NCBI GenBank assembly: GCA_963760795.1
Contig: CAVXEP010000009.1
Location: forward strand, 32,001-96,000
Direction of reading: 5' to 3'
From: an uncultured delta proteobacterium
GTDB taxonomy: Bacteria; Desulfobacterota; Binatia; UBA9968
Length of the DNA stretch: 64,000 bases
The notes below the pieces were generated by a model that was not told the DNA's origin, ran no database searches, and worked only from the letters and a program-made list of their open reading frames with translations. A program made the position numbers and the translations under genes. Below are positions 1-10,945 of the stretch, in pieces (position 1 is the stretch's first letter; each line of letters begins with the position of its first letter).

Positions 1-440
1 CGCCATGGCCGGCGATCAGGTTCAGTTAGAGGGATAGAAACGAAATCGCCGCGCTATTTCGCCGCAAGTGTCGACAAGCGAACGCGACCAACGATCGAAT
101 CTTGACGCAGTGCCATGGCGGCGCCGACTGGCAGATCGACGAACGCGCTATCGCGGCGCCGGAAACGCGCCGCTACGCCGATGTCGCTGTCAACATTCCC
201 ACCTGCGATTGGTAGGACTCGGAGCTTGGCCGGATACCGCAGCACCAGTTTCTCTCGCAGAATCAATCCGCTGGACTGACTTGGCCGATTAATCGAGACG
301 AGTGCCGATGCCAAATGCTAAAGCCGCCGCCGTATGTCCGTGGGAAGCTCGGAAAATTACCGCAAATAGGTACAGGCTTTACCCGATAGTGCGTTCGCGG
401 CCATTCAGTGTAATATTCATAGTCAAACCGGTCTGATAAA

Positions 441-1584
441 TTGGGACGAAGCGACAATAGTCATGAGGATCTGGCACAGTTGATTGAAACCCCTGCATAC
501 CTGAATCCTGCTCAAGCGCGCGACGCTTCGAGAAAACCGCCGGAAAAGTTTGCTAGTTTGGATCGATCGAGTGTGGCGCCAAGCGCCGCTCTCCCGGGGT
601 TTATCATTGGCGAGCATCCTTTGATGCAGCGCATCAATGCCTTGATAACACGGGTTGCCAACACCGACGCCACCGTCCTGATCACCGGAGAAAGCGGCAC
701 CGGAAAAGAAGTCGTCGCCCGGGCCATCCACAGTCTTAGCCAGCGGGTGCACCGTCCCTTCGTGCCAATCAACTGCGCGGCTATTCCCCACGAGTTGCTG
801 GAGAGCGAGCTGTTCGGCCATGCCCGCGGCGCGTTTACCGGCGCCCATTCGGCCCGCGCCGGCATGTTTCAATTGGCCGAGGGCGGCACGATCTTTCTCG
901 ACGAAGTGGGCGAGATTCCAATCACTTTGCAGCCCAAGCTCTTGCGCGTATTGCAATGCGGCGAAGTACGCCCAGTAGGCTCCGATCAAACGACGGCGAT
1001 CGATGTGCGCGTGATCGCCGCCACCAATAAAGATCTAGCCAAAGAGCTTCAGGCCGGTACTTTTCGCGAGGATCTCTTTTACCGGCTACAGGTCATTCCC
1101 ATCCACTTGCCGCCGCTGCGTTCGCGCCGCTCCGATGTGCCGTTGCTGCTCGGCCACTTTTTGGAAAAATCGAACCGCAAGTACGCTGCCTCGGCCATAA
1201 TCTCGGAGGAAGCGAGCGTTTATCTGTGGGAATATGACTGGCCGGGCAACGTCCGCGAACTGGAAAACGTCGTAGAGCGGCTCGTGGTTCTCTGCGAAAA
1301 TGGCCAGATTGGCCTCAACGATTTACCGGCCAATATTGCTTCTTTCGTATCGGAAAAAAAGCTTCCTCAACCGACGCTGATCAACAATGACATGGACTTT
1401 CGCTCGGCACTTAGAGCAATTCGAGCAGCGTCTGATCGATGAAGCCCTAAGACTTGCTAACGGCAATAAAGCGATGGCGGCGCGGATGTTAAAGATCAAG
1501 CGCACGACGCTGGTCGCCAAACTACACAGCCGATCGACAAGAAAGGAAGACGATGAATACCCAATCATACGTATCACCAACTAA
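441..1584 (+). CDS. Sigma54-dependent enhancer-binding protein (AAA+ plus Fis-type HTH, no receiver domain); one frameshift near 1410
   Basis: GESGTGKE Walker A, ESELFGH..GAFTGA, FLDEVGE, FREDLFYRL, WPGNVREL; HTH (ALRLANGNKAMAARMLKIKRTTL) lies in the 1387..1584 frame. Confidence 0.9.
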
Positions 1585-2032
1585 GCCGCTACCCGCTGAT
1601 TTTAAGATTCTCATCGTCGACGACAACCGCGATTTTGTCGAATTTATCAGGCTTTTACTCGCCCACCACGGCTACACCGTGCGCTCGGCTTTCAGCGGCC
1701 GGGAATGCCTTGAAAGCGTGCGCCTTGAGCCCATCGACCTCGTCATCCTAGACGTGATGATGCCGCAAATGGACGGCTTGACCGTGTGCCGTGAATTGAA
1801 ACAGCTTCGTCCGGCGTTGCCAGTCATCCTGTTGACCGCCAAGGATGACATGGCAACACGGGCTGCCGCCATGACTTTGGGCGTTAGCGAGTTTCTCGCC
1901 AAACCCGTCAATATCGTCGATTTCCTCACCCGCGTGCGCACGCAACACGACAATCGACAGTGGGACGAAGAGCTAAATGCCACCCTGAGTGCAAGTACCG
2001 AGGCAAACAATCTCACGCCGCTCAATACCTAA
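1553..2032 (+). CDS. Single-domain response regulator (receiver)
   Basis: ILIVDD, ILDVMMPQMDG, ILLTA, AKP motifs. Confidence 0.9.
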   Translation: MNTQSYVSPTKPLPADFKILIVDDNRDFVEFIRLLLAHHGYTVRSAFSGRECLESVRLEPIDLVILDVMMPQMDGLTVCRELKQLRPALPVILLTAKDDMATRAAAMTLGVSEFLAKPVNIVDFLTRVRTQHDNRQWDEELNATLSASTEANNLTPLNT

Positions 2033-2590
2033 CTGCTTTCTTGCCGTCCTCCGTTCCCCTTCGCCGAAACAAACCCCTCAAACTCGGTGCGGTACCAAAG
2101 GCTTGACTCGGAGCCTCGAGTCACAACCCGATTTGCCGGTCTAATGCGATTGTCGCGCTCGGCTTAAAATCAGTCCGATTTAAGGGATGGACAGTACATC
2201 CGCACGATCGGCCACTTACGAGTCCGTCATTTGGTAATCTCAGACAGTTATGGTATGAGCTTTGATGCGAGCGCTGCTAGCGATTGCCAAGGAACAATAA
2301 CTGCGTCAATTCTGCGGTTCACGCAGACAAAGGCGCATGTGTATAGCCGGCAGTCAGCTAAACTAAGCAAGGTGCAGGCACCTCCATGTCATTGCGATCT
2401 TCACTTACGGTAGTGCAGTGTAATCCTCCTTGTTCCGCTGCCGACATTTTTTTCAGCAATGACGCCGAACCGATGGACTACCAAGGCCGGCAGCCACCGG
2501 CCACGTATGCAAATTGGAAATCAGATTGCTCGACAAGATATTTTTGAGAGAGGCTGTTGCGCGCGATCGCACTCGTCGCAATATAAACTG

Positions 2591-3253
2591 ATGGCAAAGA
2601 TCGACGCCGAAGGGAAAAACCCGGCGACACGGGTGTTGTTGGCTGACGACCATGTGGTCGTTCGCAGCGGATTGAAAAGCCTGCTGGTCACCGAAGGCTT
2701 CGAAATCGTCGCCGAGGCATCCAATGGCCAGGAGGCCGTTGAGATGGTGAATACACTTGGCCCCGACGTGGCGGTACTCGACATCACCATGCCACTACTC
2801 AACGGCATCGACGCCGCCCGCCAAATCTGCGCGACGAGTCCGCGAACCAAAGTGATACTCCTGACCCAGCATAAGGAGGAACAATACGCGCTCGAAGCGC
2901 TGCGCTCAGGGGTCAAAGGCTATGTACTGAAGAGCCAAGCCACAGCCGACTTGGTGCAAGCAATCCGAACAACTTTACTAGGCGATATTTACCTGAGCCC
3001 GGGCATCTCCGAAAGCGTGGTCAACGCTGCGTTAGCCAAAGGCATCGGGAGAGCCGATCCCTTGACGCAACGGGAACGACAAATCTTACAACTCATCGCC
3101 GAAGGCAAGAGTAACAAAGAATGCGCGCAGCAGCTCGACCTGAGCGTCAAGACCGTGGAGTCCCATCGCTCCAATCTGATGAAAAAACTCGATCTCCACG
3201 AGACCGCAGGACTGGTCCGTCACGCCATTAGAATCGGCTTAATCGAGCCGTGA
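2591..3253 (+). CDS. NarL/LuxR-family response regulator
   Basis: VLLADDH, LDITMP receiver; LTQRERQILQLIAEGKSNKE..SVKTVESHR LuxR HTH; start moved to ATG 2591. Confidence 0.92.
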   Translation: MAKIDAEGKNPATRVLLADDHVVVRSGLKSLLVTEGFEIVAEASNGQEAVEMVNTLGPDVAVLDITMPLLNGIDAARQICATSPRTKVILLTQHKEEQYALEALRSGVKGYVLKSQATADLVQAIRTTLLGDIYLSPGISESVVNAALAKGIGRADPLTQRERQILQLIAEGKSNKECAQQLDLSVKTVESHRSNLMKKLDLHETAGLVRHAIRIGLIEP

Positions 3254-3692
3254 TATGCCGCGGCTGCGAAAGCTGAACTAGTCGGAACTCCGCAGTCGAA
3301 AAACAGCAGAACATCCTGCGACGGGTAAGATAAGAATGGAATGGTGAACCACCCAACGGTGTGGTGGCAAATATTTATTCCATCCTTCGCCCCGCAGTCA
3401 AATTACATCTGCGGATTCCGAGCTTAGCCAACCCGACCCACAGGTCAAAGCCTAACCCATTATGGGCTCAAGCCATTTACCCCAATCGTCTCAGGTATTA
3501 GCCGGACTACTCGCCTAATATTCCGAGGCTAGACCCAGCAGTCTTAGCGACACAAAAGGGAGACTCGTTCCGACGAGTCACGGGCCGAGCAATGCACCGG
3601 GAGAGTTCAAGCTGATTACCGGACACACATCCGTGCGAATCGGTGAAATGAAAGGCGCTTGTCCCGAGGCAACGTAGCGGCGCAGCCCGCCG

Positions 3693-4860
3693 CTATTGGT
3701 TGACGGCGAGCGGCGAGCGATCGTAATCGCCTAGTTTAATGGATTCCGAAAGATGAGTATCGATGAACGGATTGTTCGCCGGATCGCGCACAACGCCCAT
3801 GGGATCTAGACCCTGTTGCACTTTTTTCATCTCGCGAAACATTACCGCGCGCAGCAGAATCACGCCGCGGTCCGAGCTGGTAAGCCGCTCCTGCAGTCCG
3901 GTCGCAAATCGGTCCCTGAGTTTCCCACGCCATATGGTCCTGCGCCTGCACCGAATCCATGCGAAAGCGCGTAAACGGATGAAGCGCGTCGGGAGGATTC
4001 TTATACGACTTGAGGTACTCCACCGGCGGCTCGTCGTTCTCGACAATCTCGCCGTTCTCGGTGGGATAAAAGCGCACAAAATAGATTTTCGTATGGGTGT
4101 CGTCCATTGGCACACGGATCTGACCGACATTGCCCTGGCGTAATATGTTCGGGAAGATCACCGGATGCTCGTCGATCATGCCGTTTTTATAGGTGCGCCG
4201 TTTCATCAAACCGTAAGGCACTTCATAGAAGTCGAACTCGGCGACATCGTCGGTGAGTCCGCGCGTGCTGTCCTGAATTTCTCGGCCGCGATTGGCGGTT
4301 TCCTGGTGGAGAATTTGTAAATGCGCCGGGTCCATGGAGTTTTCCATGGGCTGGAACCAGTTGGCGTCGAGCTGCGGTTGGATGACGATCTTGCGGCGGC
4401 CGTCTTTGCGAAACCACACGTCGAAATTGGCGATCAGCGGCGCCGGCAGCGGACCGAGATAGGCCCAGTAAAGCCCGACCAGTTTTTGCACCGGATAGGA
4501 TTTCTGTTTGACGGTGCGATGGAATTTGCTATCGCAGGGCTCCGCCGGTGTCTCTAAACAGTTCCCTTTGGTATCGTACAGCCAGCCATGATACGCGCAG
4601 GCGATACCGCGCGCTTCGACCCGACCATAAGACAAGGACACGCCGCGATGGGAGCAACGGTCGTCGAGCAAGCCGACATTGCCGCTCTTATCGCGGAACA
4701 ACACCAAGGTCTCGCCCAGGATGCGCACCACTTGGGTTGGGTTCTCCGCGGTGAGTTCGCTCGCCACGCCGACCGGCAACCAGTAGCGGCGCAGCAACTC
4801 GCCCGCCGGCGTGCCCGGCCCGACTCGCGTCAACATCTCGTTTTCTGCTCTCGTCAGCAT
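3693..4860 (-). CDS. Rieske non-heme iron oxygenase alpha subunit (LigXa/phthalate dioxygenase-like); frameshift near 3890
   Basis: CSH..CAYHGW Rieske motif, DPAHLQILH and QDHMAWETQG mononuclear Fe motifs; C-terminus in 3693..4130 frame. Confidence 0.88.
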
Positions 4861-4889
4861 AACCTTACTCCTACGATTAACGATTCGAG

Positions 4890-4949
4890 TTACTTTTTAC
4901 CCGCTTCGTTCAGTGCGTCGTCGACGATCTTCAATGCCGCGTCGATCAT
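4890..4949 (-). pseudogene. Orphan 3' gene fragment (MIDAALKIVDDALNEAGKK*), resembling the C-terminal helix of a solute-binding protein
   Basis: Hand translation; resembles the end of the 49253..50380 product (EDIDSAFKIATQAMEGR); stops 30 nt before the Rieske start. Confidence 0.35.
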
Positions 4950-5013
4950 CGACGTAAATATTAGCCAAGGAACCGCCTACTACGCAAGCCCTTATTGATA
5001 AAAAAGCTTGCAA

Positions 5014-5026
5014 AATCAATAAGTTA
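5014..5026 (+). promoter_or_regulatory. IHF consensus site
   Basis: AATCAATAAGTTA matches WATCAANNNNTTR in an AT-rich patch. Confidence 0.35.
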
Positions 5027-5134
5027 ACTTACGCATGGAATTTTAATGTATTAACGATCGGGCGGAAGAGGAACGCCAAAAATGGCTGCTGATTGCCAAG
5101 CAGTTAGGATAAGTGGATGGAAGGAGCGAAATGG

Positions 5135-6314
5135 TTAGGAGACCGCACGTGCTGGCGGCGTGGGCGCTTGGGCGTACAGACCGATGCGTTCATTGATGAC
5201 GCCAAGATCGATGAGCTGGTTCTTCGCCGAGTCTCGGATCACGCCGAGCGGGTCGAAACCCTGCTGCACTCGTTCGATCTGCTCTCTGAGAAGCTTGCGC
5301 AGCTCGATAACCCCCTCATCACCGACGCCGAGATGCTCGGTGGCACGATCGGTAGGCGCACCTTGAGTTTCCCACGCCATCGAATCCTGTGCCGACACCA
5401 TGTCCATACGGTATTCGCGCGGCGCGGTTTTAAGCGGCGTGAACCGATACGGCACCGGCGCATCGGCGGGCGAGCGCTCGGTCTCGGACGGCACGAAGTT
5501 GGCGCGAAACACCTGCGTATGATGATCGTCCACCGGCACGCGAATCTGTAGATTATGCCGTACCGACTTGCCGTCGTCGAACGGCGCGACGTGGCGCAGC
5601 ACCGACGGAAACAACAACGGATGCTCGTCGACCTCCGGCTCACTGCCGGTGGCGAGCGATAACGTCGTGCGGCGTTTTTTGATGCCATATTCGAAACGGA
5701 TGAATTCATGCCGCTCAGAATATTTTTTCACCCGCGGCGCCAGATGCGCGGTGTCGCCATGCAGCCAGAACAGGTGCGAAGGATCGACGGAGTTTTCCAT
5801 CGGTTGCAGCCAATTGCATTCGATCACCGACTCTTTGACGATCCACCGCTTGCCATGTTCCCAGACCAAAACATCCCAGCGCGGCAACAGCGGCGCCGGC
5901 GCGGGACCCAGGTAAGCGTAAATCAGCCCGCCCAGGTATTGCACCGGATAGGCGACCTGTTTGATGCGGTCTTTGAACGTACTGTCGACGCGGTTCCGCC
6001 GGCTGCTCCAGACATTTTCCCGTGCCGTCGAACTTCCAGCCGTGATAGGGGCAGCGAATGCCTTGCTCATCGACTCGGCCGTAGGCGAGGGATGCCAAAC
6101 GATGCGGACAATGCTCGCCGACCAATCCGTAGTTGCCCGACCGGTCGCGGTAAACCACCAACTCTTCGCCGAGAATCTTGACGGCGCGAATCGGCTTTTC
6201 ATCGGTCAATTCGGCGGCCGCGGCTACCGGATGCCAATAACGCCGCAACAGTTCGCCGCACGGCGTGCCCCGGCCAACTTGCGTCAACAATAAATTTTCT
6301 TCATGCGTCAGCAT
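5135..6314 (-). CDS. Rieske non-heme iron oxygenase alpha subunit (LigXa-like); frameshift near 5990
   Basis: CPH..CPYHGW in 5715..6314 frame; DPSHLFWLH and QDSMAWETQG in 5135..6202 frame. Confidence 0.88.
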
Positions 6315-6508
6315 ATTAGGTTTTTACCTGCGCACAAAACTTCCGCCAATCCGCCATCCTCGATCTTCGATCCTCGAAGAGATTCTAAACTAAGCCTTAC
6401 GCTGCAACTCATGATACTGGTGAAACTTGCGCGCTTCGTCGAGGCGCAGCGGAAACTCCTGCCGCCGAAAGTGTTTTGAAAGCTTCGACGACCGCGTCCG
6501 TCAACAAT

Positions 6509-7177
6509 TTACTCCTGCTTCTTGTTGAGCATCTGCTCGTATCCAAGTCTCTCCAACATTTCGCGGCCCGAATAGCCCTTGCGGATACCGGCGGCCATTT
6601 CCTGTTCCTTGGCGTAGATCCCCTCAGCGGCAGAGACCACTTCTTGCTCTTTTTCTTTGGGCACAATGATGATGCCGCTGCCGTCGGCGAGCACCAGATC
6701 GCCGGGACGGCACTGCACGCCGGCGAACTGAATTTCTTGATTGTAAGATTCCTGGACCACGCGATTGCGCGCCGTCATCGGCACCGCGCCGCGGGCGTAC
6801 ACCGGGAACTCCAACTCGCGCGCCTCGTCGATGTCGCGCGACGCGCCGTCGATCACCACGCCGCTCACGCCCTTGAGCTTGGCCGAGAGCGCCAGCAGAC
6901 CACCCCAACAGGAGAACTCCAGCTTGCCGCCGTTATCGATGACGATAACATCGCCCGGCTGCGCCGCTTCAATCGGAGCCGTGCCCAAATGCTGCGTCGG
7001 CTGCTGCAAGCCTGCCGGCTTGATCTTCATCGTCACCGCCCGGCCGGCGATCTTCGGGCAAGGCCACTGCGGCCGCACGCCCCAGGTCGCCCCCTTGAGA
7101 CTCAAACTGTCCAACGCATCCGACACCGCGCAGGTGTCGAGTTTGATCAGTCGTTCAATTATCGGCTCACGTGCCAT
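6509..7177 (-). CDS. RraA-family / HMG-CHA aldolase (LigK-like)
   Basis: TCAVSDAL, PGDVIVIDNGG..CWGGL, VIDGASRD, PGDLVLADGSG; RBS GGAG upstream of ATG 7177. Confidence 0.85.
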   Translation of the reverse strand: MAREPIIERLIKLDTCAVSDALDSLSLKGATWGVRPQWPCPKIAGRAVTMKIKPAGLQQPTQHLGTAPIEAAQPGDVIVIDNGGKLEFSCWGGLLALSAKLKGVSGVVIDGASRDIDEARELEFPVYARGAVPMTARNRVVQESYNQEIQFAGVQCRPGDLVLADGSGIIIVPKEKEQEVVSAAEGIYAKEQEMAAGIRKGYSGREMLERLGYEQMLNKKQE

Positions 7178-7275
7178 TACAACTCCACCAGCCAATTTCT
7201 GCCAATGACGCGATTTAGCGTCTTGAATCCGATTTAACTTTGCACTTTTGAACCTGGAACCTTGAACCAATCTTT

Positions 7276-8232
7276 TTACTGCCAGTACGCGAATCCCATG
7301 CCGCAGCCGGTCGCCGCCGGCGAGCGATAGGTCGTGACATATTCGAGATATTTCAGATCGCGATTCTCCATCGCGCCGGCAAGCGCTACCCAGTTCAAAA
7401 TCTCCGACGTGCCACCGGTCAATTTTTGCCGCGGCAATTGAAACAGCACCTCCGGCTTCTTATTTTTCAGTCCATCGATCACCATGGCGTCGATTTCCTC
7501 GTCGATCACCACATGGCTCAGCCCGCCCGACGCCAACAGAGCCACGCGCTTGGTGCTATCCCAAGACTCGATGGCTTTGCGCACCGCCTGGCCAAAGGCG
7601 TAACAACGCTTCGGTGTCGGCTGGTTGGGCGGATAGTAAGTGTTCACCATCACCGGCACCATCGGCAACTTGGTTCCAGGTAATATGCGCCGATAGAGAA
7701 AACTGAACGCATGGCCGACACCGATCTCGGCGCGCAGTTTGTTACAGCGCGCGATGTCGAACTCCGCGTCGGTGAGGCCGCGAATCAAATGATTCGCCAA
7801 GTCGGATGCGGTCTCGTATTCCGGCGCGGTTTCCGACCAGCCCTGCTCTTCGGCATTTTTCCATGCCGCCGGCCGTAGGTTGTTATGCTTCACCACCGGC
7901 AAACCCTTACCGTGGTAGATGGCGAACATCGGCATGTTGTCGTCGTGAAATTGTTCCTGCTGATCGTCGCCGAAAACCACCACCACATCGGCGTTGGCTT
8001 TTTGCAATGCGTCGCCTAGATTTTTAATCGCCTTCAGACAAGCTTCGTCGCGCTCGTGAAATTTCTCCGGCGTAAGCTCCGCGGCCAATCCGGGCTTCGC
8101 CTTCGCCAGCAAACCTTGGTAGTCGAGCCGCGGATCAGTTTGATCCTTTTTGAGCAGATGATCCCAGTCTTTGGCCCGGATGCTCAACTGCGGACTATGC
8201 GATGTGCCGATACCGATAACGATCTCTGCCAT
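7276..8232 (-). CDS. Class III extradiol ring-cleavage dioxygenase, DesZ/LigZ-like (LigB superfamily)
   Basis: GIGTSHSP, GDDQ, GHAFSFLYRR, VNTYYPPNQPT, ASGGLSH, GTSEILNW, YRS..GMGF; RBS GGAGGAG. Confidence 0.85.
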   Translation of the reverse strand: MAEIVIGIGTSHSPQLSIRAKDWDHLLKKDQTDPRLDYQGLLAKAKPGLAAELTPEKFHERDEACLKAIKNLGDALQKANADVVVVFGDDQQEQFHDDNMPMFAIYHGKGLPVVKHNNLRPAAWKNAEEQGWSETAPEYETASDLANHLIRGLTDAEFDIARCNKLRAEIGVGHAFSFLYRRILPGTKLPMVPVMVNTYYPPNQPTPKRCYAFGQAVRKAIESWDSTKRVALLASGGLSHVVIDEEIDAMVIDGLKNKKPEVLFQLPRQKLTGGTSEILNWVALAGAMENRDLKYLEYVTTYRSPAATGCGMGFAYWQ

Positions 8233-8375
8233 AAATTTACTCCTCCTTGGCCATTGGGCCATTGAACCGGTCGCGCAGCTTGTGAATGTGTAAATGATCT
8301 ACAAGTAAACTTCCGTCTCTGTCAAGCAAGCGGCGGTCGCGCGAAGCAGCCGTAACCGAGGGAATTAAGAGATTT

Positions 8376-8475
8376 CACCGCAAAGTACGCAAATAGGAGT
8401 ATTCACCGCAGAGACCCTGAGTTCGCACGGATTCAAAAAATTTCACTCTCCGCGTGCTCTGCGCCTCCGCGATCA
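8376..8475. repeat. REP-like imperfect inverted repeat (caccgcagag...ctctgcgcctccgcg family)
   Basis: Intergenic imperfect palindrome; a related copy lies near 33650-33690. Confidence 0.45.
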
Positions 8476-8575
8476 AAGTTGACTTTCCCATTCGTAGTGC
8501 AGTCACGTTTCGCCTACCACTTGACGCGAACACCCGGGTTGCCTTAACAATTGCGCAAAAGCTTGGAGGTGATCC

Positions 8576-9667
8576 ATGGCGGCAACCAGCCGAGGCGCAA
8601 CGTTACTCGGACCGGACAAACTGGAAATCAGGGAATATCCCATCCCTGATATTAGCGCCGACGGCGGCCTGGTCAAAGTCGAAATGGGCGGCGTCTGCGG
8701 TTCCGATTTCAAATATCTCCATGGTGGCAAGAACGGCCTGCCCTACCCGCTAATCCTCGGCCACGAAATTTTAGGCCGTGTCGAAAAACTCGGCAAGGAA
8801 GCGGCAGCGATCCACGGCATTAAAGAAGGCGACCGCATCATTATGAAAGGCGCTAAGGGCTGCGGCCGCTGCGCCCACTGCCGGCGCGGCGCGGCGCGCT
8901 TTTGCAAAGCGCGTATTGGCTACGGCGGCCAGACCACCTGCGCCAACCCGCCCCATCTATTCGGCGGCTTCGCCGACTATCTTTACCTCGTGCCCGACAT
9001 TCTCGTCACCAAAGTCAGTAACGACCTGCCCGCCGAAGCGGCGGTGCTCATCGGCGCCGTCATGGCCAACGGCTATCAATGGGCGGTGCGCCAAGGCGGC
9101 GTCAAGATGGGCGACAGCGTGCTGATTCAGGGGCCGGGCCAGCAAGGTCTCGCCTGCACTTTCGCGGCAAAGATGGCTGGTGCAGCAAAAATTATCATCA
9201 CCGGATTAAGCCGTGACGCCGAACGCTTGGAAGTCGCAAAAAAATTTGGCGCCACGCGCACGATCGACGTCGAAAAAGAAAATGTCCTTGAAGTCATCCG
9301 CGCAGAAACCGACGGCGAACTGGTCGACGTCGCAGTCGATGTTTCCGGCAACGTCCAAGCGATCCGTACTTCGGTCGAATGCGTCCGTACCCTCGGCACG
9401 CTGGTCGTCGGCGGCCTGACGCGAGACGGCATCGACGTGCCGTTGAACGTGAATCTAATCGTCCGCCGGCAAATCCGTTTTCAAGGCGCCTTCACCACCG
9501 ACAACGACGCCACCGAGATCGCCATGAACGCCATCCAAGCGAGTAAATTCCCCGTCCAGCAAATGGTCACCCACACTTTTCCGCTCGATGAAACCGAAAA
9601 ATGCATCCGGGCCGTCGGCGGCGAGATCGAAGGGCTATATCCGGTGAAGGCGTTGATTAAACCGTAA
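8576..9667 (+). CDS. Zinc-dependent alcohol dehydrogenase (MDR family)
   Basis: GVCGSD, LGHE, CGRCAHCRRG..C structural Zn site, GPGQQG NAD-binding loop. Confidence 0.9.
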   Translation: MAATSRGATLLGPDKLEIREYPIPDISADGGLVKVEMGGVCGSDFKYLHGGKNGLPYPLILGHEILGRVEKLGKEAAAIHGIKEGDRIIMKGAKGCGRCAHCRRGAARFCKARIGYGGQTTCANPPHLFGGFADYLYLVPDILVTKVSNDLPAEAAVLIGAVMANGYQWAVRQGGVKMGDSVLIQGPGQQGLACTFAAKMAGAAKIIITGLSRDAERLEVAKKFGATRTIDVEKENVLEVIRAETDGELVDVAVDVSGNVQAIRTSVECVRTLGTLVVGGLTRDGIDVPLNVNLIVRRQIRFQGAFTTDNDATEIAMNAIQASKFPVQQMVTHTFPLDETEKCIRAVGGEIEGLYPVKALIKP

Positions 9668-9738
9668 CGCGTCTGCGGTGGGTGCGGCGGTCCGGCCCGA
9701 AGCGGCAATCTAAATTTTGCGCGCTGGAGATTTCAGAC

Positions 9739-10380
9739 CTATCGTTCGAGTATGGATGTGTCGATGCCCTCGTTTGAGTTTGGGTCCGAAACTGCGGCCA
9801 GGGCGGAGGGATGCGCAAGCTGGGACTTTGCTGAGTTCATTGCCGGCGGCGCGAACACAGCCATGCGACTATTCCCCGCGAGGTGTTCGCCTAACGCTTG
9901 GGCTTGCTGATTAAAGACCGACACCATTCCCCGTATGCCGTCGCGCATGCGATTCACTTCGGCGGTAAGCGCGTTTACTTCGGAAACCCGGCTTGCCAAA
10001 GTTTCGTCCTTGGTTTTTACCTCGCTCTTCAGTTCACTGACTGTCGCGGTCAAATCCCGTTCGCGCGCTTGACTGGCCAACTCTTTTCTTTCAAGGAGAT
10101 CCCGTGTCTCTTTCAACTTGGTGTCGAGTGCTGTGATTTCACCGTTGAGTTTCTCGACAGTTTGCGCGGCTTGCTGACTTTCAATTGCCACTGCCACCTC
10201 GGCATCATTCGCTGCTACCCTTAATCTCCCGATGCGCTCGCCAAATAGTTTCTCAAACTCCACTAACTCCTTGCGCAAGCCGGTAGCGGTACCGCGAATT
10301 ACCCCATCGGTTAAAGCGGCGTTGCTCGGTTCGAAAGGGTTTACTCCCACCTCGTTAAGGGCGTCATATATTTTGCTCAT
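9739..10380 (-). CDS. Hypothetical coiled-coil protein
   Basis: 213 aa ORF with RBS GGAGG; heptad-rich E/K/L central region; N-terminus MSKIYDAL. Confidence 0.75.
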   Translation of the reverse strand: MSKIYDALNEVGVNPFEPSNAALTDGVIRGTATGLRKELVEFEKLFGERIGRLRVAANDAEVAVAIESQQAAQTVEKLNGEITALDTKLKETRDLLERKELASQARERDLTATVSELKSEVKTKDETLASRVSEVNALTAEVNRMRDGIRGMVSVFNQQAQALGEHLAGNSRMAVFAPPAMNSAKSQLAHPSALAAVSDPNSNEGIDTSILER

Positions 10381-10457
10381 ATTGCCTCCGGTGTGGCCAT
10401 GCTTTTGTCACAACTCGTCCGGTTAGTTTGCTTGCGTTGGCCAATTTAGCCGGAGAA

Positions 10458-10474
10458 AGCATATTTTATGCCGA
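10458..10474 (-). promoter_or_regulatory. Putative sigma54 (-24/-12) promoter for the 9739..10380 gene
   Basis: Minus strand TCGGCATAAAATATGCT has correct GG-N10-GC spacing, about 80 nt upstream of the ATG. Confidence 0.55.
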
Positions 10475-10945
10475 CACCGGAGCCAGCGATTAACCTATCG
10501 ATAACTAACGATCTAGTTAGCGATCGATGGTTTCAGAGATGACAGTTTTGGACAAAATCTCGACTTGAATGCAGTGCCGCTTGCGCGCGCGGCGACAGCG
10601 GTGTTGGCCGATCTCAGTGGCGGTGGCTACCGTGAAATAGGCGCTGGCTACAACCCAGAGTGACAGAGCCTGGTAATCCGTTTGGGCGGACGTGACGGAA
10701 ATTCTCCTCGGCTGAATTGGTGATCACCAAGGTGAAGTAACCATGATGTAGCAATGATTCAGGTTTAGCGAGTCACACTGCTAGTCAAACATTTATGTAG
10801 GGGTTTTTTTGACCGGCGGATTTTGATAGAAATCGTGTTAGCCATTGATCGACGAGCGCACCCGCGGAATCGCTACAATATCAGCCGCGCGTCGTACAGC
10901 GATCATTTACGATTAACCGTCTGCGGTTAGTGAGAGGGCAAGCCG

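Noticed and set aside
54-457. Short ORFs at the window start and in spacers (2231..2413, 36871..37362, 38873..39097)
   Set aside because: No recognisable motifs, RBS or coding-like composition.
2270-2292. TGGCA..GC on the minus strand as a sigma54 promoter
   Set aside because: GG-to-GC spacing is one base short, and there is no downstream gene on that strand.
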